From: Macrostomum lignano
Taxonomy: Eukaryota
Assembly (NCBI GenBank): GCA_002269645.1
Contig: NIVC01002972.1
Location: 18,097 to 82,096, forward strand
Length of the DNA: 64,000 nt
Direction: 5' to 3'
The position numbers and the translations under genes are program-made. Of the stretch, positions 31,675 to 45,040 are shown piece after piece (the first letter of the stretch is position 1; every line of letters begins with the position of its first letter). The notes under the pieces were generated by a model. It was not told where the DNA came from, did no database searches, and saw only the letters and a program-made list of their open reading frames with translations.

Positions 31675-34600
31675 TCACTTAAACTGACAATACGGCCGAA
31701 TTAACAAAATCGGTTGAAAAGTCGTGGGCGCAGCATGGACCACCTGCTGCACTGGCTGCGCGGCCTGCTGCATCGGGCGCAAATTAAGAGTTGGCCGCAC
31801 TGCGACAGACTTCTCGGCGCCACTCTCCGAAGTCAATATGGCGTTAATAGCGTCGCGAATACGCGCCATTTTGGCGCCATCAGACGATCGAACTAGCATA
31901 CTGCCGTCGGGTAGAATTTGCAAGCCTTCTGGGCTACTGGGCTGTGGCTCGTCTTCGCTCAGAGGATTTAGATCGGACTCCTGCCGCTGGCGCTTCGCTG
32001 CAGTCGGCTGCGGCTGCTCCAGCTGAGCCTCCAGCTCAGCGCGCAGCGACTCCTTGAACCGGAGCTGGCGAAGGCACCAGCCAAGATCGGCAGCTGGCAG
32101 CTGGCGGAATCGTTCGGCCTTCCAGCGGGCAGCCAGGTGGGTGCACTGGCCGATGGTGCAGCCAGTCTGGACTGGGGTCAACTGGCTGGTGAGAAACCGG
32201 AGCAGGTCGCGGGCAGGTGAGGCCACCACCCGGACCCGAAAGCTGGCTCGGCCAATCAGACAGCCGAGCTGGTCGAATGCTTCAATCACGGTGATCAGAT
32301 TGGCCAGGGCCAGGTGGCTGAGTCGCTGGTTGTTGCGCATGTGGTCCTGGGGGGGGGGTTAGAGAGATCCATGGCGATTCATGGCTTTGCTGCTCTACAT
32401 TTTTCTGCTACTTTCTCTTTGCTTGGCACGCATCGGAGTGTACATATCACGTTGTACATATCAGGATGTACATATCAGGGTGTTTTTAGCCGGTTTTCAT
32501 AACAGGTGTACACACCAGGGTGTACATATCAGGATGTATATATCAGGATGTACATATCAGGATGTATATATCAGGGTGTACATATCAGGGTGTACATATC
32601 AGGGTGTACATATCAGGGTGTACATAACAGGTTGTACATATCTGGGTGTACATATCAGGGTGTGCATAACGGGTGTGCATACAGTCAAATCTGGGCGCGC
32701 ATATAATCCAAATCCTCAAAAACCACAACCAACTCCCTCCCCAAAATACCTGGCAGCAGTTATAGCGCAGGGTAAGCCACATTCTGCCCGCCTCTGGCAG
32801 CCCAGTGCAGTACAGGCAGCTCTGCTGTCTGTCCGGATCCAAGTGGACCAATCCCTCCAAACTGTGACTGGCGATGCTAACCAACAACTGGCCATTAGAC
32901 ACGGAGCAAGTTGAGCAGGGCTGCGGATAGTCGCCAGGCAATAAACCGATGGCCTGGCAACGAATCAGCAGCTTGCTGACTGGCACCTCGCTGCTGATGT
33001 CCAGATTTAGATGCCGCTTGCCGCTTTTGTCCTCCAGGTAGACGGTGGCCGGTACGCGAAGGTCGGCGTCCAGTTTCCGGCGGGGGAAATGCGTCAGCAG
33101 AGGATTAGGCGAAGCGGTAGCGGCGGCGGCGGCCTCGGCGGGGGGAGAGTCGGAACCGGCTGGCTGAGTATCGGGCAGGATTGCCGACTCCAACAGCTGA
33201 CGGTCTTCGGCGCTGAACTGGGAGGTGCGAGAGTTTAAAAGGGCAATTCTAAGAAATAGCTCAGAAAGCAATTTTAATTCGCTAATTTCAGGGACGCCAA
33301 ACAGTGTGTATCAGGAACATCCCACTTTCTATTTTTATCAGAAAGAATAAGCCTAAAAGGTGTTTGGAAGCAATACTTTTTATTAGGGATATTTCTAAGA
33401 AACCACTTTCACCAAGGGTATTTCTAGGAAACTACTTTTATTAAAGGCCTCTCTCTCTCTCCATTTCTAAGAAACCAAAGATATTTCTAAGAAAAAACTT
33501 TAACTAACGATATTTTTCATATTTCTAAGAAAACATTTTTGTTAAATATATTTCTAAGAAAGCAATTTCACTACACAAACGATATTTCTAAAAAACCAGT
33601 TTTTAAAAAGATATTTCTAAGAACCAGCTTTATAATTAAAGATATTTCTAAAAAACAACTTTCACTAAGGATATTTTTAAGATTAACCGCGCTCAATAAC
33701 GAGATTTCTAAGATTCAGGCTCTTATTAAGGAAAAAATATTCCTTTAAACTAATTCTTATTACAAAAGTATTGCTTGAGTTAAGATAGCTCGTGAAGTGG
33801 GAAGTACGATAATTTTTTGACTGACAACGTCACAACGATTTAGGGTACGTTGGGGGTTTAGGTTAGGGTTTAGGATGGGGTTAGGGATTAGAATAGGGGT
33901 TTATGTTAGGGTAAAGTTTCAGGTAAGGCTAAGACCCTAATTTAAACGGGGGGCATTACAAACCCGAAAGTGCTAGCAACGCCCAACGCTATTTTAGTTT
34001 TCGGAGTTATGATATTTCGAGTTTATAATGGCGATCCATTAAGATAAACTACTGTAACAAGTTCAATCCGGATTAAACTCACGCCAAAGTAGTTTTCGCC
34101 GCGCTCAAAAATTCGATTGTGCAGACTGTCACCGCGGCATTCGGTCAGAGTCTGCGGCCGAACCGTGAAGCCGCAGTTATTAGGCAGATCATTGTAGGAC
34201 TCGAATGAGGCTAGCGGCTGCTGCTGCTGTCGTTCTTTGTCGGGGCTGTCCGGGTGGTCCTCTGGCTGAGCCAGCTCGTCCATGCAGCCCCAGATAGCCG
34301 GGTCGTTCTGAGTAGCAATTCCATTTTGATAGAGTTGCTTAGAGGGGGCATTGTAATTCGATAGTGACTGTCAAGTGTCTGTGAGTGATTGACGGGTAGC
34401 TGAAGGATCAGTGGGGTAGCTGAAGGATCAGTGGGGGTAGCTGAAGGATCAGTGGGGGTAGCTGAAGGATCAGTGGGGGTAGCTGAATGATCAGTGGGGG
34501 TGGCTAAATGATCAGTGGGGGTGGCTGAATGATCAGTGGGGGTGGCTGAATGATCAGTGGGGGTGGCTGAATGATCAGTGGGGGTGGCTGAATGATCAGT

Positions 34601-36338
34601 GGGGGTGGCTGAAGGATCAGTGGGGTAGCTGAATGATCAGTGGGGGTGGCTGAATGATCAGTGGGGGTGGCTGAATGATCAGTGGGGGTGGCTGAATGAT
34701 CAGTGGGGGTGGCTGAATGATCAGTGGGGGTGGCTGAAGGATCAGTGGGGTAGCTGAATGATCAGTGGGGTAGCTGAAGGATCAGTGGGGGTGGCTGAAG
34801 GATCCGTGGGGTAGCTGAAGGATCAGTGGGGGTGGCTGAAGGATCCGTGGGGGTAGCTGAAGGATCAGTGGGGTAGCTGAAGGATCAGTGGGGGTGGCTG
34901 AAGGATCCGTGGGGGTGGCTGAAGGATCAGTGGGGTAGCTGAAGGATCAGTGGGGTAGCTGAAGGATCAGTGGGGTAGCTGAAGGATCAGTGGGGTGGCT
35001 GAATGATCAGTGGGGGTAGCTGAAGGATCAGTGGGGGTGGCTGAAGCATATCAATGAAAAATGTACCTAGAGGTCAAGAGGCGTTAAAGAATAACTTCAC
35101 TTGCGTCGCCCCAGAGCTGTTGCAAAAAAACAGAGGTAAAATAGCGCGCTAGTGTCGCTGTAAACTGTAGAGTCACTGAGTTGTGTGTGAAGCGCATTTG
35201 ATTTATTTATTAGTCACATCTCTAGCAAAAGTTTAGCGCCAAAACAAGGATTTTGGACATTTCTACAAGTCACGTGACCGCTTGTGACGCAACAGTCGCC
35301 TCCGTCGCATTATGTTATCTGATACATGTACATGTTCAACCAGAAGAAGTGATTCAGAAGAAATATAAAGCAGTAATGATTACCTGACCGCCGCATACTT
35401 GCAGAACCTGCTGTTGAGACGGAGCCTGATAGCATGACTGAACATGCTGATTAGGATTCTGCTGCTGAAACTGCAAGAAATGTGACTGCCAGTCTTCCAA
35501 CTCAATGTTAAATTGTTGCTGACATTGTTGTTGCTGTTGTTGCTGTTGTTGCTGCTGGTGGTACAGCGTTAGCTGCTTATAACAAGGCGAATCAGGTAAA
35601 TTTGAATTGCTCAACGAGTAATTGCCGCAAGATACGCTCGAGGAATATGGCGATGCCCTGCAGCGGGTGGGGATTTGGGAATTAAGTTTTATTAAAGCAA
35701 GACAACAAGAGCGACCGTTCACTGAGGATCGACTCTTACTGAGTGAGGATCTGGACTCTGCTGTAGAATGAGTCAATGAGGATCTGGACTCTGCTGTAGA
35801 ATGAGTCAATGAGGATCTGGACTCTACTGTAGAATGAGTCAATGAGGATCTGGACTCTACTATAGAATGAGTCAATAATGATCTGGACTCTACTCTACTG
35901 CGTAATGAGTCAAGTCAATGAGGATCTGGACTTCATTGCTGAATGGGTCAATGAGGATCTGGACTCTACTGTAAAATGTGTCAATGGGGATCTGTAGAAA
36001 GGGTCAATGAGGCTGTAAACCCTAACCCAAAGCTCAACAATGTAAATAAGGAAGTAACTTAGGATTAGGAACTTATTAGCTAAAAGATCATTTAAAAAAA
36101 GATTAGCTACAACCTACAAGAAATATAATTTTTTAGAATTCTAACACGGTACTAAATCAACGATGTTGAATATCTTAAAACTAGGCCTAGCCTATAGTGC
36201 ATTTAAAATAAAGAATTTTAGAATTGCAACTTACGCTCCGGAGAGTGACAGAAACAGCGAACTGCTGCTTCCGGGAGAGTCGGACAGACCGTAAGTTGAC
36301 GAAGCTGGTCTCGTACTCGCACTAGGAGCTGTTGTCAT
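31675..36338 (-). CDS. Unknown protein, 5 exons, ~600 aa; S/Q-rich N-terminus, Cys/His-containing central globular region
   Basis: Exons 36235-36338, 35384-35657, 34083-34367, 32750-33217, 31675-32346 join in one frame (phases 2,0,0,0) using GT-AG sites; GC-rich exons alternate with repeat-filled introns. First exon and start codon are least certain. Confidence 0.72.
32440..32680. repeat. 14-bp repeat GTACATATCAGGGT in intron 4 of the unknown gene
   Basis: Period 14. Confidence 0.9.
33380..33750. repeat. Degenerate GATATTTCTAAGAAA repeat in intron 3 of the unknown gene
   Basis: About 10 copies of ATTTCTAA(G) at roughly 35-40-bp spacing. Confidence 0.7.
34395..35046. repeat. 20/21-bp minisatellite GCTGAA(G/T)GATCAGTGGGG(G)T(A/G)G in intron 2 of the unknown gene
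   Basis: Period 20-21. Confidence 0.95.
35737..36012. repeat. 33-bp minisatellite GTCAATGAGGATCTGGACTCTGCTGTAGAATGA in intron 1 of the unknown gene
   Basis: Period 33. Confidence 0.9.
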
Positions 36339-38199
36339 CGCAACACTGTTTGGTATAATTATTTCAGCACCTGGCCTGACTTCACTATAGCTTTAATAAT
36401 AATTGCTTCAGGCTTTCCGTGATAATAAATATAATTTTTTATAATTTAATGCGCGCTTGTTTGCTTTAAAATAGCAACCAAAGACAAATGAAAATGCCGA
36501 CTGGACAAGGGAATAAAAACAAAACAACGGGCAATATGTGTGTATCCGCTTCTAAGAGATTTGGAGAAGGTCCGGGAAAAAGAGAAGACTGGCTCAAGAA
36601 AGAGAGAGAAACCGAGACTGAGAACGAGGACTCCAAGGAGAGTGCAGATCGAGACAAGCCAAGAGGAAGGCCAGGCTTGGTTAAAAGGCTGGGCGTTTTA
36701 CTGTTTAGTAGCAGCAAGCGCGCTGAGAAAGGGCCAGAGAGGGGCGGACTTGTGCGTGGCCGGCCTCCCACTCCAGTAGCAGGGGCTGATTATGGTCTGG
36801 GGAGGGGGATGGCATGAGAAACGGAAAGGGTATTGGGGTAGATAGATGATAGCCTGTGCGTACACTGCCAAACTGGGGGTGGTGGGTTTGGGGTTTGTGA
36901 AGAGAGAGAAGGACAAGGCGGAGAGAGGGGGATAGAGGACCGGCGTTGAAATACTGGGGTAGGCATTTTGCGGGGCACTGTACAATTAATGTACATTCCA
37001 TTCATAAGATAAAGGTCTGTCACGTCAGGTCCTCGCGCGCCTAAGTAAGGGGACGAGAAGGAAAGAAAAAAGAAGGGAAGCATAACATTGAAATTGTACC
37101 TCCCTCCCCCGCGCTTCAGTTTTGATTGCACAAACGATAATATTGCTATTCCTATAAATAAAACTTCTACGCATATGTCGAATGGCTTTGTATCTACAAA
37201 TGCCATAGCCTATTTGTACAAATTTGTAGCCTTGGCTTTTAGCTATTCTAAAATAATTTCGTGCCTGGCAGACCTACTATTCATTCATTCCCTTGGCCTC
37301 CGCCCAATTTTGCTCTAGAGAAACATTTGCCCTCTTAATTCTGTACATTATAAACAAATACATGCCAGTTCTAATATACATTTCGTCCCAGACCCCAGTA
37401 AATTGTATGTAACCAAATAGACAACCAACGCATCCAACAAAACTGCCTGATGCCATAGTGCTTGGCTAAGGCTGGCAGAAACATCAACCAGCTTCACATT
37501 TAAAAGGATCTTATTTGAAGAAACACGCAAGCAGTAGTTAGTTAAGCAGACGTGCATGTAGCTGATGTTAGTTGACTAAATGGTAATTCGTCAATGCCAT
37601 TCTTTGTATAGTGTAAATGAAAGCAGACTCGAACAATGTGCCCTCTTAGCAACTAGCAGCTGAGATTTACACCTTAGAATGGGGATAGGAGCCAAGGCAA
37701 CGCTTGGCAATACAAGGACTGCTTGCTTGCCTGCCTGCATGAGTGGCGGTTGCTTATATGTAGTTGACACGCACTGGATCAGGTTTATGTTCAGTGTTCA
37801 CCGTCAGTCTCTAACACCCCTGCACATTCGTCAAGCACTGGTATAACCAGTCAGTCACTTTTAATCGAACGAAATCTAATATACAATTACCTTTGCATAC
37901 CTAATGAGATAAGTCAGCACGAAATAATTTATTAGATAAAGAAGATTGCTAACTTCGCTAAGCTAAGTCTGCAATGCAAAAATAAGTCAATAAAACGCGA
38001 GGCCTCATATGGTCTTTCTTGCCAGTTATTTTTTAATTTTCACAAATCGTACACCGGACAAAAATGTGCGGTCCCTTGAGAGATAGAAGTGAGTTTTTGC
38101 GAATTCATTTTATTTGAGTCTTACAGGCGAGACAGTCGGCTGAAGACAAGAATATTTAATTCTGGCCTAGCACTCCTCTATCACAATACAGAAGAAAAA

Positions 38200-38298
38200 T
38201 TGAGAAGACAGAAAGACAGAAATACACAAACAAACAAAAAGGCAAGCAGACAGAGAGACAGACAGACAAGCAGACAGACAGACAGACAGACAAGAAAA

Positions 38299-38330
<32 letters not shown>

Positions 38331-38361
38331 AAAAGACAGACATACAGACAGACAGACAAGC

Positions 38362-38405
<44 letters not shown>

Positions 38406-38408
38406 AAA

Positions 38409-38448
<40 letters not shown>

Positions 38449-38451
38449 AAA

Positions 38452-38506
<55 letters not shown>

Positions 38507-38523
38507 CAGACAGACAGACAGAC
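38200..38523. repeat. (GACA)n microsatellite with AGAAAAA interruptions
   Basis: Direct reading. Confidence 0.9.
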
Positions 38524-38790
38524 CGTGGGAATGGCACAGAGCATACAGAAGAAGAAAGACAAGAAGGGTCGCCGCGGCAGGAAACAAAACAATGAAAGAG
38601 AGACAACCAATCTAGGTAAAAAGCAACTGCAAGGATATAAACAGAAATGATCAGAAGCAAATTCCAATAGACAATAATGTATTTATATAGGACTTCCGAT
38701 TAACTGATTCAATGTGTACACAATAAGCAAGCGCAATTGACACAGCAGCAGTGCGGGGCAAATGCTTGACGAACAATCCGAAGACTTTCG

Positions 38791-41700
38791 TTATTGTTCT
38801 TCGCAGGGGGTGCTCCGGTTGCGTAGCTTACTGCGATCCGGCACAATGCCCGGCTCAATGCGCTGGAATGGGTGCGTGGGAATTGCATTGTGATTGCATG
38901 CAGAACACCTAAGCAACTGGCTGAACCCCTGACACGAAGTATACAGATACCTGACACAAACTATACAGACACCTGACACAAAGTATACAGACACCTGACA
39001 CAAAGTATACAGATACCTGACACAGAGTATACAGATACCTGACACAAACTATATGGACACCTGACACAAACTGTACAAACACCTGACGCAAACTATCCAG
39101 ATACCTGACACAAACTGTACAGACACCTGACACAAACTATCCAAAAATCTGACACAAGCAATACAGACACCTGACACAAACTATCCAGAAACCTGACACA
39201 AGCTATCCAGACACCTGACACAAACTTTACAGACACCTGACACAAACTATACAAACACCTGACACAAACTATACAAACACCTGACACAAACTATACAAAC
39301 ACCTGACACAAACTATACAGACACCTGAAACAAGCTATACAGATACCTGACACAAGCAATACAGACACCTGACACAAACTATACTGATACCTGACACAAG
39401 CAATACAGACACCTGACGCAAACTGTACAGACACCTGACGCAAACTATCCAGACACCTGACCCACCTCGGCAGGTTGCAGCAGCTGCAGCAGCCAGACAA
39501 GCGCCAGATTAAGCAGGGCAAAGATGAGGAAAATTTTGCCACCAACGGGACCGCAAGCTGTGAGATAGTTGGCCAGCCTATGCCTGGTCGGCTCGGGACC
39601 CCCGGCGTCGAGTACCCGCCTGTAGACGCACTCAGTCCTCAGGGCGACATTGCGCCACGTGTAAATATCGCGAACCGACTCGTGCAGCCGGTGAAAGTCC
39701 TCGGGCTGCCGGCGACCGTCGGGCCTTGGCGACACTCGGCGATGGCCTGTTCAAGACCGTCAGCCAATGAGGTCGCATCTGGCTCAGCTAGCCGGATCAG
39801 GTCAGACGGCAGAACCTCGGGGATGCCGCCAACATTGGTGCTGACCACCGACAGGCCGCAGCTCGCACCTTCCAGGATGGCCATGCAGAACGCTTCGGTT
39901 AGCGACGTATTTAGAAAGATGTCGCCTCTGACCAAGTGGGCTCGCACCTGAAAAATTTGGGGGATTATCGGGTCACTGAGCTGGTGAACATCTTGGATTA
40001 GTGTTATTACTGGAAGGTTAAGTTGCCTACCATACCCCTGTGCCTTCCCCATACCCCTGTGCCTTCACCATACCTCTGTGCCTTCCCCATACTCCTGTGC
40101 CTTCCCCATACCCTTTGCCTTCCCCATACTTTTTGTGCCTTCTCTATACCCATTTGTGCCTTCCCCATACCCCTGGGCCTTCCCTATACCCCTTGTGCCT
40201 TTCCCATACCCCCCGTGGCCTTCCTCATACCCTGTGCCTTCCCTATACCCCCTGTGGCCTTCCTCATACCCCGTGCCTTACCCATACTCATTCTTCCCCA
40301 TACCCCCTGCACCTGTGCCTTCCCAATACCCCCTGTTTACGGGCATCAATTTGCTACCTCACCTGATGATGGGGCACCTGGCCCTGCAGCAGCACCCGGT
40401 CCTGAATGCCCAGCCGCTCCCGCAACTCCTCCAGCACCAGCCGTTTCGGCCCGTCGCCGCCGATTAAAAATCGAACGTCAGAGTGACGCTGGCAAATGAT
40501 CGGGATGACCCGGGACAGCAGGTCCACGCCTTTGCGGTACACAAGGCGGCTCAGCACCACTATGGTTACTGCGGGTGATTTGCATGTATCTATGTCTGTC
40601 TGTCTGTCTGTTTTATTGCCTCCGTGTCTGTCTGTCCATCTATCTACTCCACCATAAGATAAACGCACTGTAATTGGTATCTCGCTGATCCGGGTCCGGC
40701 GTGAACACATCAGCATCGATAGCATTGGGAATGACAGAGATGCGACTGGGGCACAGCATTGCGCGTAGTGCCGTATTTTCTTTGCTGAAATGATAGTGCA
40801 AACTTGTTTTAATAGGTCATTTTTTTGAAGAGTTCACCGAGAATACTACTGGAAGTAAGGTAAAAGAGAAATGCAAATGCGAGCCCAAAAATTATTTCGT
40901 ACTCGAAGTAAAAGAATTGTCAGTAGCGACGAGAGGATATCTTAAGGCCAGTAATAGAGGAAGCTGGCCCAGCATCTGAGGATCTGGGAGACTGGCCCAG
41001 CAACTGAGGATCTGGGAGGCTGGCCCAGCAACTGAGGATCTGGGAGGCTGGCCCAGCAACTGAGGATCTGAGAGGCTGGCCCAGCATCTGAGGATCTGAG
41101 AGGCTGGCCTAGCAACTGAGGATCTGAGAGGCTGGCCCAGCATCTGAGGATCTGAGAGGCTGGCCCAGCAACTGGGGATCTGGGAGGCTGGTCCAGCAAC
41201 TGGGGATCTGGGAGGCTGGCCCAGCAACTGGGGATCTGGGAGGCTGGTCCAGCAACTGGGGATCTGGGAGGCTGGCCCAGCAACTGGGGATCTGGGAGGC
41301 TGGCCCAGCAAGTGGGGATCTGGGAGGCTGGCCCAGCAACTGAGGATCTGAGAGGCTGCCCCAGTAACTGAGTATCTGGGAGGCTGGCCCAGCAACTGAT
41401 GATTTGAGAGATTAAATGTGAACAGAACTGAACAAGTTATCAAAAAAGATCTTTACCTGGTATGCGATACGCAAATCACGTGACAGGTATCGCTTAAGAT
41501 TCCATTGAGCAGTTTGTTAGTCAGGATGGAGCTGACATCGGCAAAGCCGAACAGCGAATGATCGGTGAAGACGGTGGGAAGGCCGAGTGTGCGGGCGTGC
41601 AGCAGAGTCTGGTTGGCCAGAGCGCTGAAGGCCGAGTGGCCGTGGACCAGGCCGACTCGTTCGCGAATGAGCACCTGTCTGACTAGAGGTAGCGTTAGCA

Positions 41701-42515
41701 GAACCGTAGGCAAAACGCACTGGTTGTAGAAGGGCAGGAATGGCAAATAGTACACCTGTGATTGATGATAAACGAGTGACTAAGAATGATTAATGACCAA
41801 CTAATGACACAGGGAATGATTGATGACTAACTAATGACACAGGGAATGATGAATGACTAACTAATGACACAGGGAATGATTAATGACCAACTAATGACAC
41901 AGGGAATGATGAATGACTAACTAATGACACAGGGAATGATTAATGACCAACTAATGACACAGGGAATGATTAATGACCAACTAATGACACAGGGAATGAT
42001 GAATGACTAACTAATGACACAGGGAATGATTAATGACCAACTAATGACACAGGGAATGATTAATGACCAACTAATGACACAGGGAATGATGAATGACTAA
42101 CTAATGACACAGGGAATGATTAATGACCAACTAATGACACAAGGGAATGATCAATGACAAACTAATGAGCAACTAGTGAAAGGAAATCACCAAAATCCCC
42201 AGAGACAGGGACTGTAGATCTGATTGTAATTAATCAGCCACATATAAATGACCAACAAATGATTCGAAAATATTTTAAGCACAGCTAAAAGTTACCAACC
42301 TTCAGACCATTCATCATCCATCGCACTCCTCGCCTTTCACTATTTTTTCCATAGGCATGGGTGATCACAATAACCCTGTGGCCCAAGCTGATTAAGCACT
42401 GGGCTAGCTGGTAGATGTGTGTCTCAACACCACCCATATTAGGAAAAAAGAAATCAGAAACCATGGCGATGCAAATTTTTTTGTTGATGACATCCTTGTC
42501 ATTGATGTCTCCCAT
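38791..42515 (-). CDS. PIGA: Phosphatidylinositol N-acetylglucosaminyltransferase subunit A (GPI biosynthesis), 6 exons, ~463 aa, with one apparent -1 frameshift near 39700-39750
   Basis: Exons 42300-42515, 41457-41755, 40669-40784, 40363-40568, 39466-39947, 38791-38862. Motifs [119 protein letters not shown]-terminal TM. Acceptor of the last exon is inferred. Confidence 0.95.
38928..39462. repeat. 22-bp minisatellite ACCTGACACAAACTATACAGAC in PIG-A intron 5
   Basis: Period 22; abuts the donor site. Confidence 0.95.
40026..40335. repeat. 19-20-bp minisatellite CCCATACCCCTGTGCCTTC in PIG-A intron 4
   Basis: Direct reading. Confidence 0.9.
40962..41397. repeat. 28-bp minisatellite GGCTGGCCCAGCAACTGAGGATCTGGGA in PIG-A intron 2
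   Basis: Period 28. Confidence 0.95.
41775..42175. repeat. 30-bp minisatellite CTAATGACACAGGGAATGAT(T/G)AATGAC(C/T)AA in PIG-A intron 1
   Basis: Period 30. Confidence 0.95.
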
Positions 42516-44057
42516 GGTTGAGACATTGGGTGCCAAATTAGGCAAATCAGATATAGTGTCTGAGTTCAGTAATCAATAGTTTAAATAAATTACTTGAAAT
42601 AATAATTTTTGTAATCAGCTAAAAATTTTTAAAAGTAAAAACCTTTGTAAACATTTTTATATAGTTAGATTTATATACATTACTAATGTTAGGAAAAAAT
42701 GCTGGGAGTGTTTGCATTTTAACAGCATTTTACATCATATATAACTAATATCTGTACTAATTATTGTCTACTTTATTGTATTTTTCAATTAGTAAATTAC
42801 TTATAGAAAGTGAGGTGTTATGAATTTGATATATTGTATGCTTCCAATCATACATGCGCAACTGCTGGCTGACCTGGCCACCATAAATTGTGCACATCAG
42901 AGTGATGTATGGTTGAGGTAGGATAGTAGGGTTGAGGTATAAAAACTTCAAGGGTGGGCTAAGATGAATTGAAGGAACAGGTGCCAACACAAGGTCTCAA
43001 TTGAGCCTGTTGGGTGCATGTCAGATATAGAGGTGCTTTTGTGCTTGCTTTGTTTAGATAAAGTGAGGGTAGGGTAGTAGGGCAGAGGTGAACACGCTTC
43101 ACACTACACTCTAAATTGTCAAAAAGAGATGTCAAAACTGATTTCATTGTAAGAGTTGAAAGATAGGGCTTAGATGCCAACACAATGTCTCAAAATAACA
43201 AAATTGTGTGCATGATGGAGGTGTCAACATGATGTCTTAAAATAACAAAATCATGTGCATGTTGGGGGTGATGTGGGATGGGGGTTGTTCTATTTTAACT
43301 TTGAAAACTTGTTTTATAGATGACAAAGTGTCCACTCCACACTAAGTCACTTTGTCATCCACCCTCTGAGATATTGGACAGATCGTCATCTACATAATGA
43401 AGTTGTAAGATGACAAAGTGTCCAGGTAACAATGACAAAGTATATAGGTCCAGCATAACTAAATATTTTCATCATATTATTTTTCACAGCTACTTTGCTT
43501 TTGATCACTTTGTCATCCAATCTGACGAAATGGAATCCGACGATCTGACCAGTGACCACACATTTTCTAATCCCAGCATTCCCAGGATATTGACAGAATA
43601 CGGGATTTTGTGACCCCTACTTACACTTGGCAATTTAGTAAAAGTTTTTAAATAAAAACTAATTTGACATCATTTTGGTTACTATAGGCCCTAGACCCTA
43701 GTACAATTAGGCTACTACTACTGGACCTGTCAACTAGAATTAGCTAACTAGTGGCTGGCTGTTGCTAAACCAGTCTGCAGTCGTCGCTAGAGAACTCTTA
43801 AGGCCTTTTCATATTGCTTGTTCTGGTTCTAGAACCAGATCCAATTTGTAAAGTATAACTTTTTGTCTCCTAAACTAGAGGGATATAAGTGCTTTAAAGT
43901 TGTGATTATTGAATGGCAATAGCCAAAAAGAAAATGAAAAATTGTGCAAAGTGAAGCTGAAAGGCAGTCAAATACTGAGCAAAGTTAAATAGTTAATATT
44001 GCTTTTTTTCTTAGAAGATCCGAATCGATTCTGGTTATGGAATTGGTAATGTGAAAA

Positions 44058-45040
44058 GGGTCTACGACAATTGACTGCCACAATTTGACTGCGGTCAATT
44101 TGACTGTGGACAACTTGACTGCCAAGCAATTTGACTGCTGACAAAATGACTGCCAACAAAATGACTGCGGACAAAATGACTGCCAAAAATTTGACTGCGG
44201 ACAAAATGACTACCGACAAAATGACTGCCAACAAAATGACTGCCGACAAAATGACTGCCGACAAAATGACTGCCGACAAAATGACTGCGGAAATTTGACT
44301 GCCGACAATATGACTGCGGCAATTTGGCTGCCGACAATATGACTGCGGCAATTTGACTGCCCACAACACAATATGACTGCGGCAGTTTGACTGCTGAGCA
44401 ATTTGACTGCCAGCGAAATGACTGCCGGAAAAATGAAGAGGAATTTTGTTGGCAGTCAAATTGCTCGGCAGTCAAATTGCTGCAGTCATTTTGCTGGCAG
44501 TCAAATTGCCGCAGTCATATTGTCGGCAGTCGAATTGCCGCAGTCATATTGTTGGCAGTCAAATTTCCGCAGTCATTTTGTCAGCAGTCATTTTGTTGGC
44601 AATCATTTTGTTGGCAGTCAAATTGTCGGCAGTCATTTTGTCCGCAGTCATTTTGTCGGCAGTCAAATTGTCGGCAGTCATTTTGTCGGCAGTCATTCTG
44701 TCCGCAGTCAAATTGTCGGCAGTCATTTTGTCCGCAGTCATTTTGTTCGCAGTCATTTTGTCGGCAGTCAAACTGCTCGGCAGTCAAATTGTCCGCAGTC
44801 AAATTGACCGCAGTCAAATTGTGGCAGTCAGTGGCGTAGGGAGGGGGGGATCAGGGGGGATGTATCCCCCCCCGAAGAGCCTGACCAAAACTTTTTTGTT
44901 GCACTTTTTCGCTATACATGCTACCATGTGAGCACTTTTACCTTGGTGTATCCCCCCCCGTAGGAAATTCACCTTGGTGTATCCCCCCCCGTAGGAAATT
45001 CCTGGCTACGCCCCTGGTGGCAGTCAATTGTCGTGCACCC
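44058..45040. mobile_element. Non-autonomous foldback-type DNA transposon (long inverted arms of ~15-bp subrepeats; 9-bp TSD, Mutator/Foldback-like)
   Basis: Perfect TSD ATGTGAAAA at 44049-44057 and 45041-45049; termini GGGTCTACGACAATTGACTGCCAC / GTGGCAGTCAATTGTCGTGCACCC (2 mismatches in 24); left arm of ATGACTGCCGACAAA units, right arm the reverse complement; centre near 44435. Confidence 0.9.
44829..45016. mobile_element. 188-bp MITE (hAT-like, 8-bp TSD) nested in the right arm of the foldback element
   Basis: Perfect TSD GTGGCAGT at 44821-44828 and 45017-45024; TIR CAGTGGCGTAG / CTACGCCCCTG; internal ~31-bp tandem duplication ACCTTGGTGTATCCCCCCCCGTAGGAAATT. Confidence 0.9.

Noticed and set aside
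33850-33940. Degenerate TTAGGG-like cluster (also CCCTAA-like at 22385-22435)
   Set aside because: Short, irregular and intronic; no element boundaries could be defined.
36466-37318. Short ORFs upstream of the unknown gene
   Set aside because: Purine-biased low-complexity sequence, no recognisable motif or consistent splicing.
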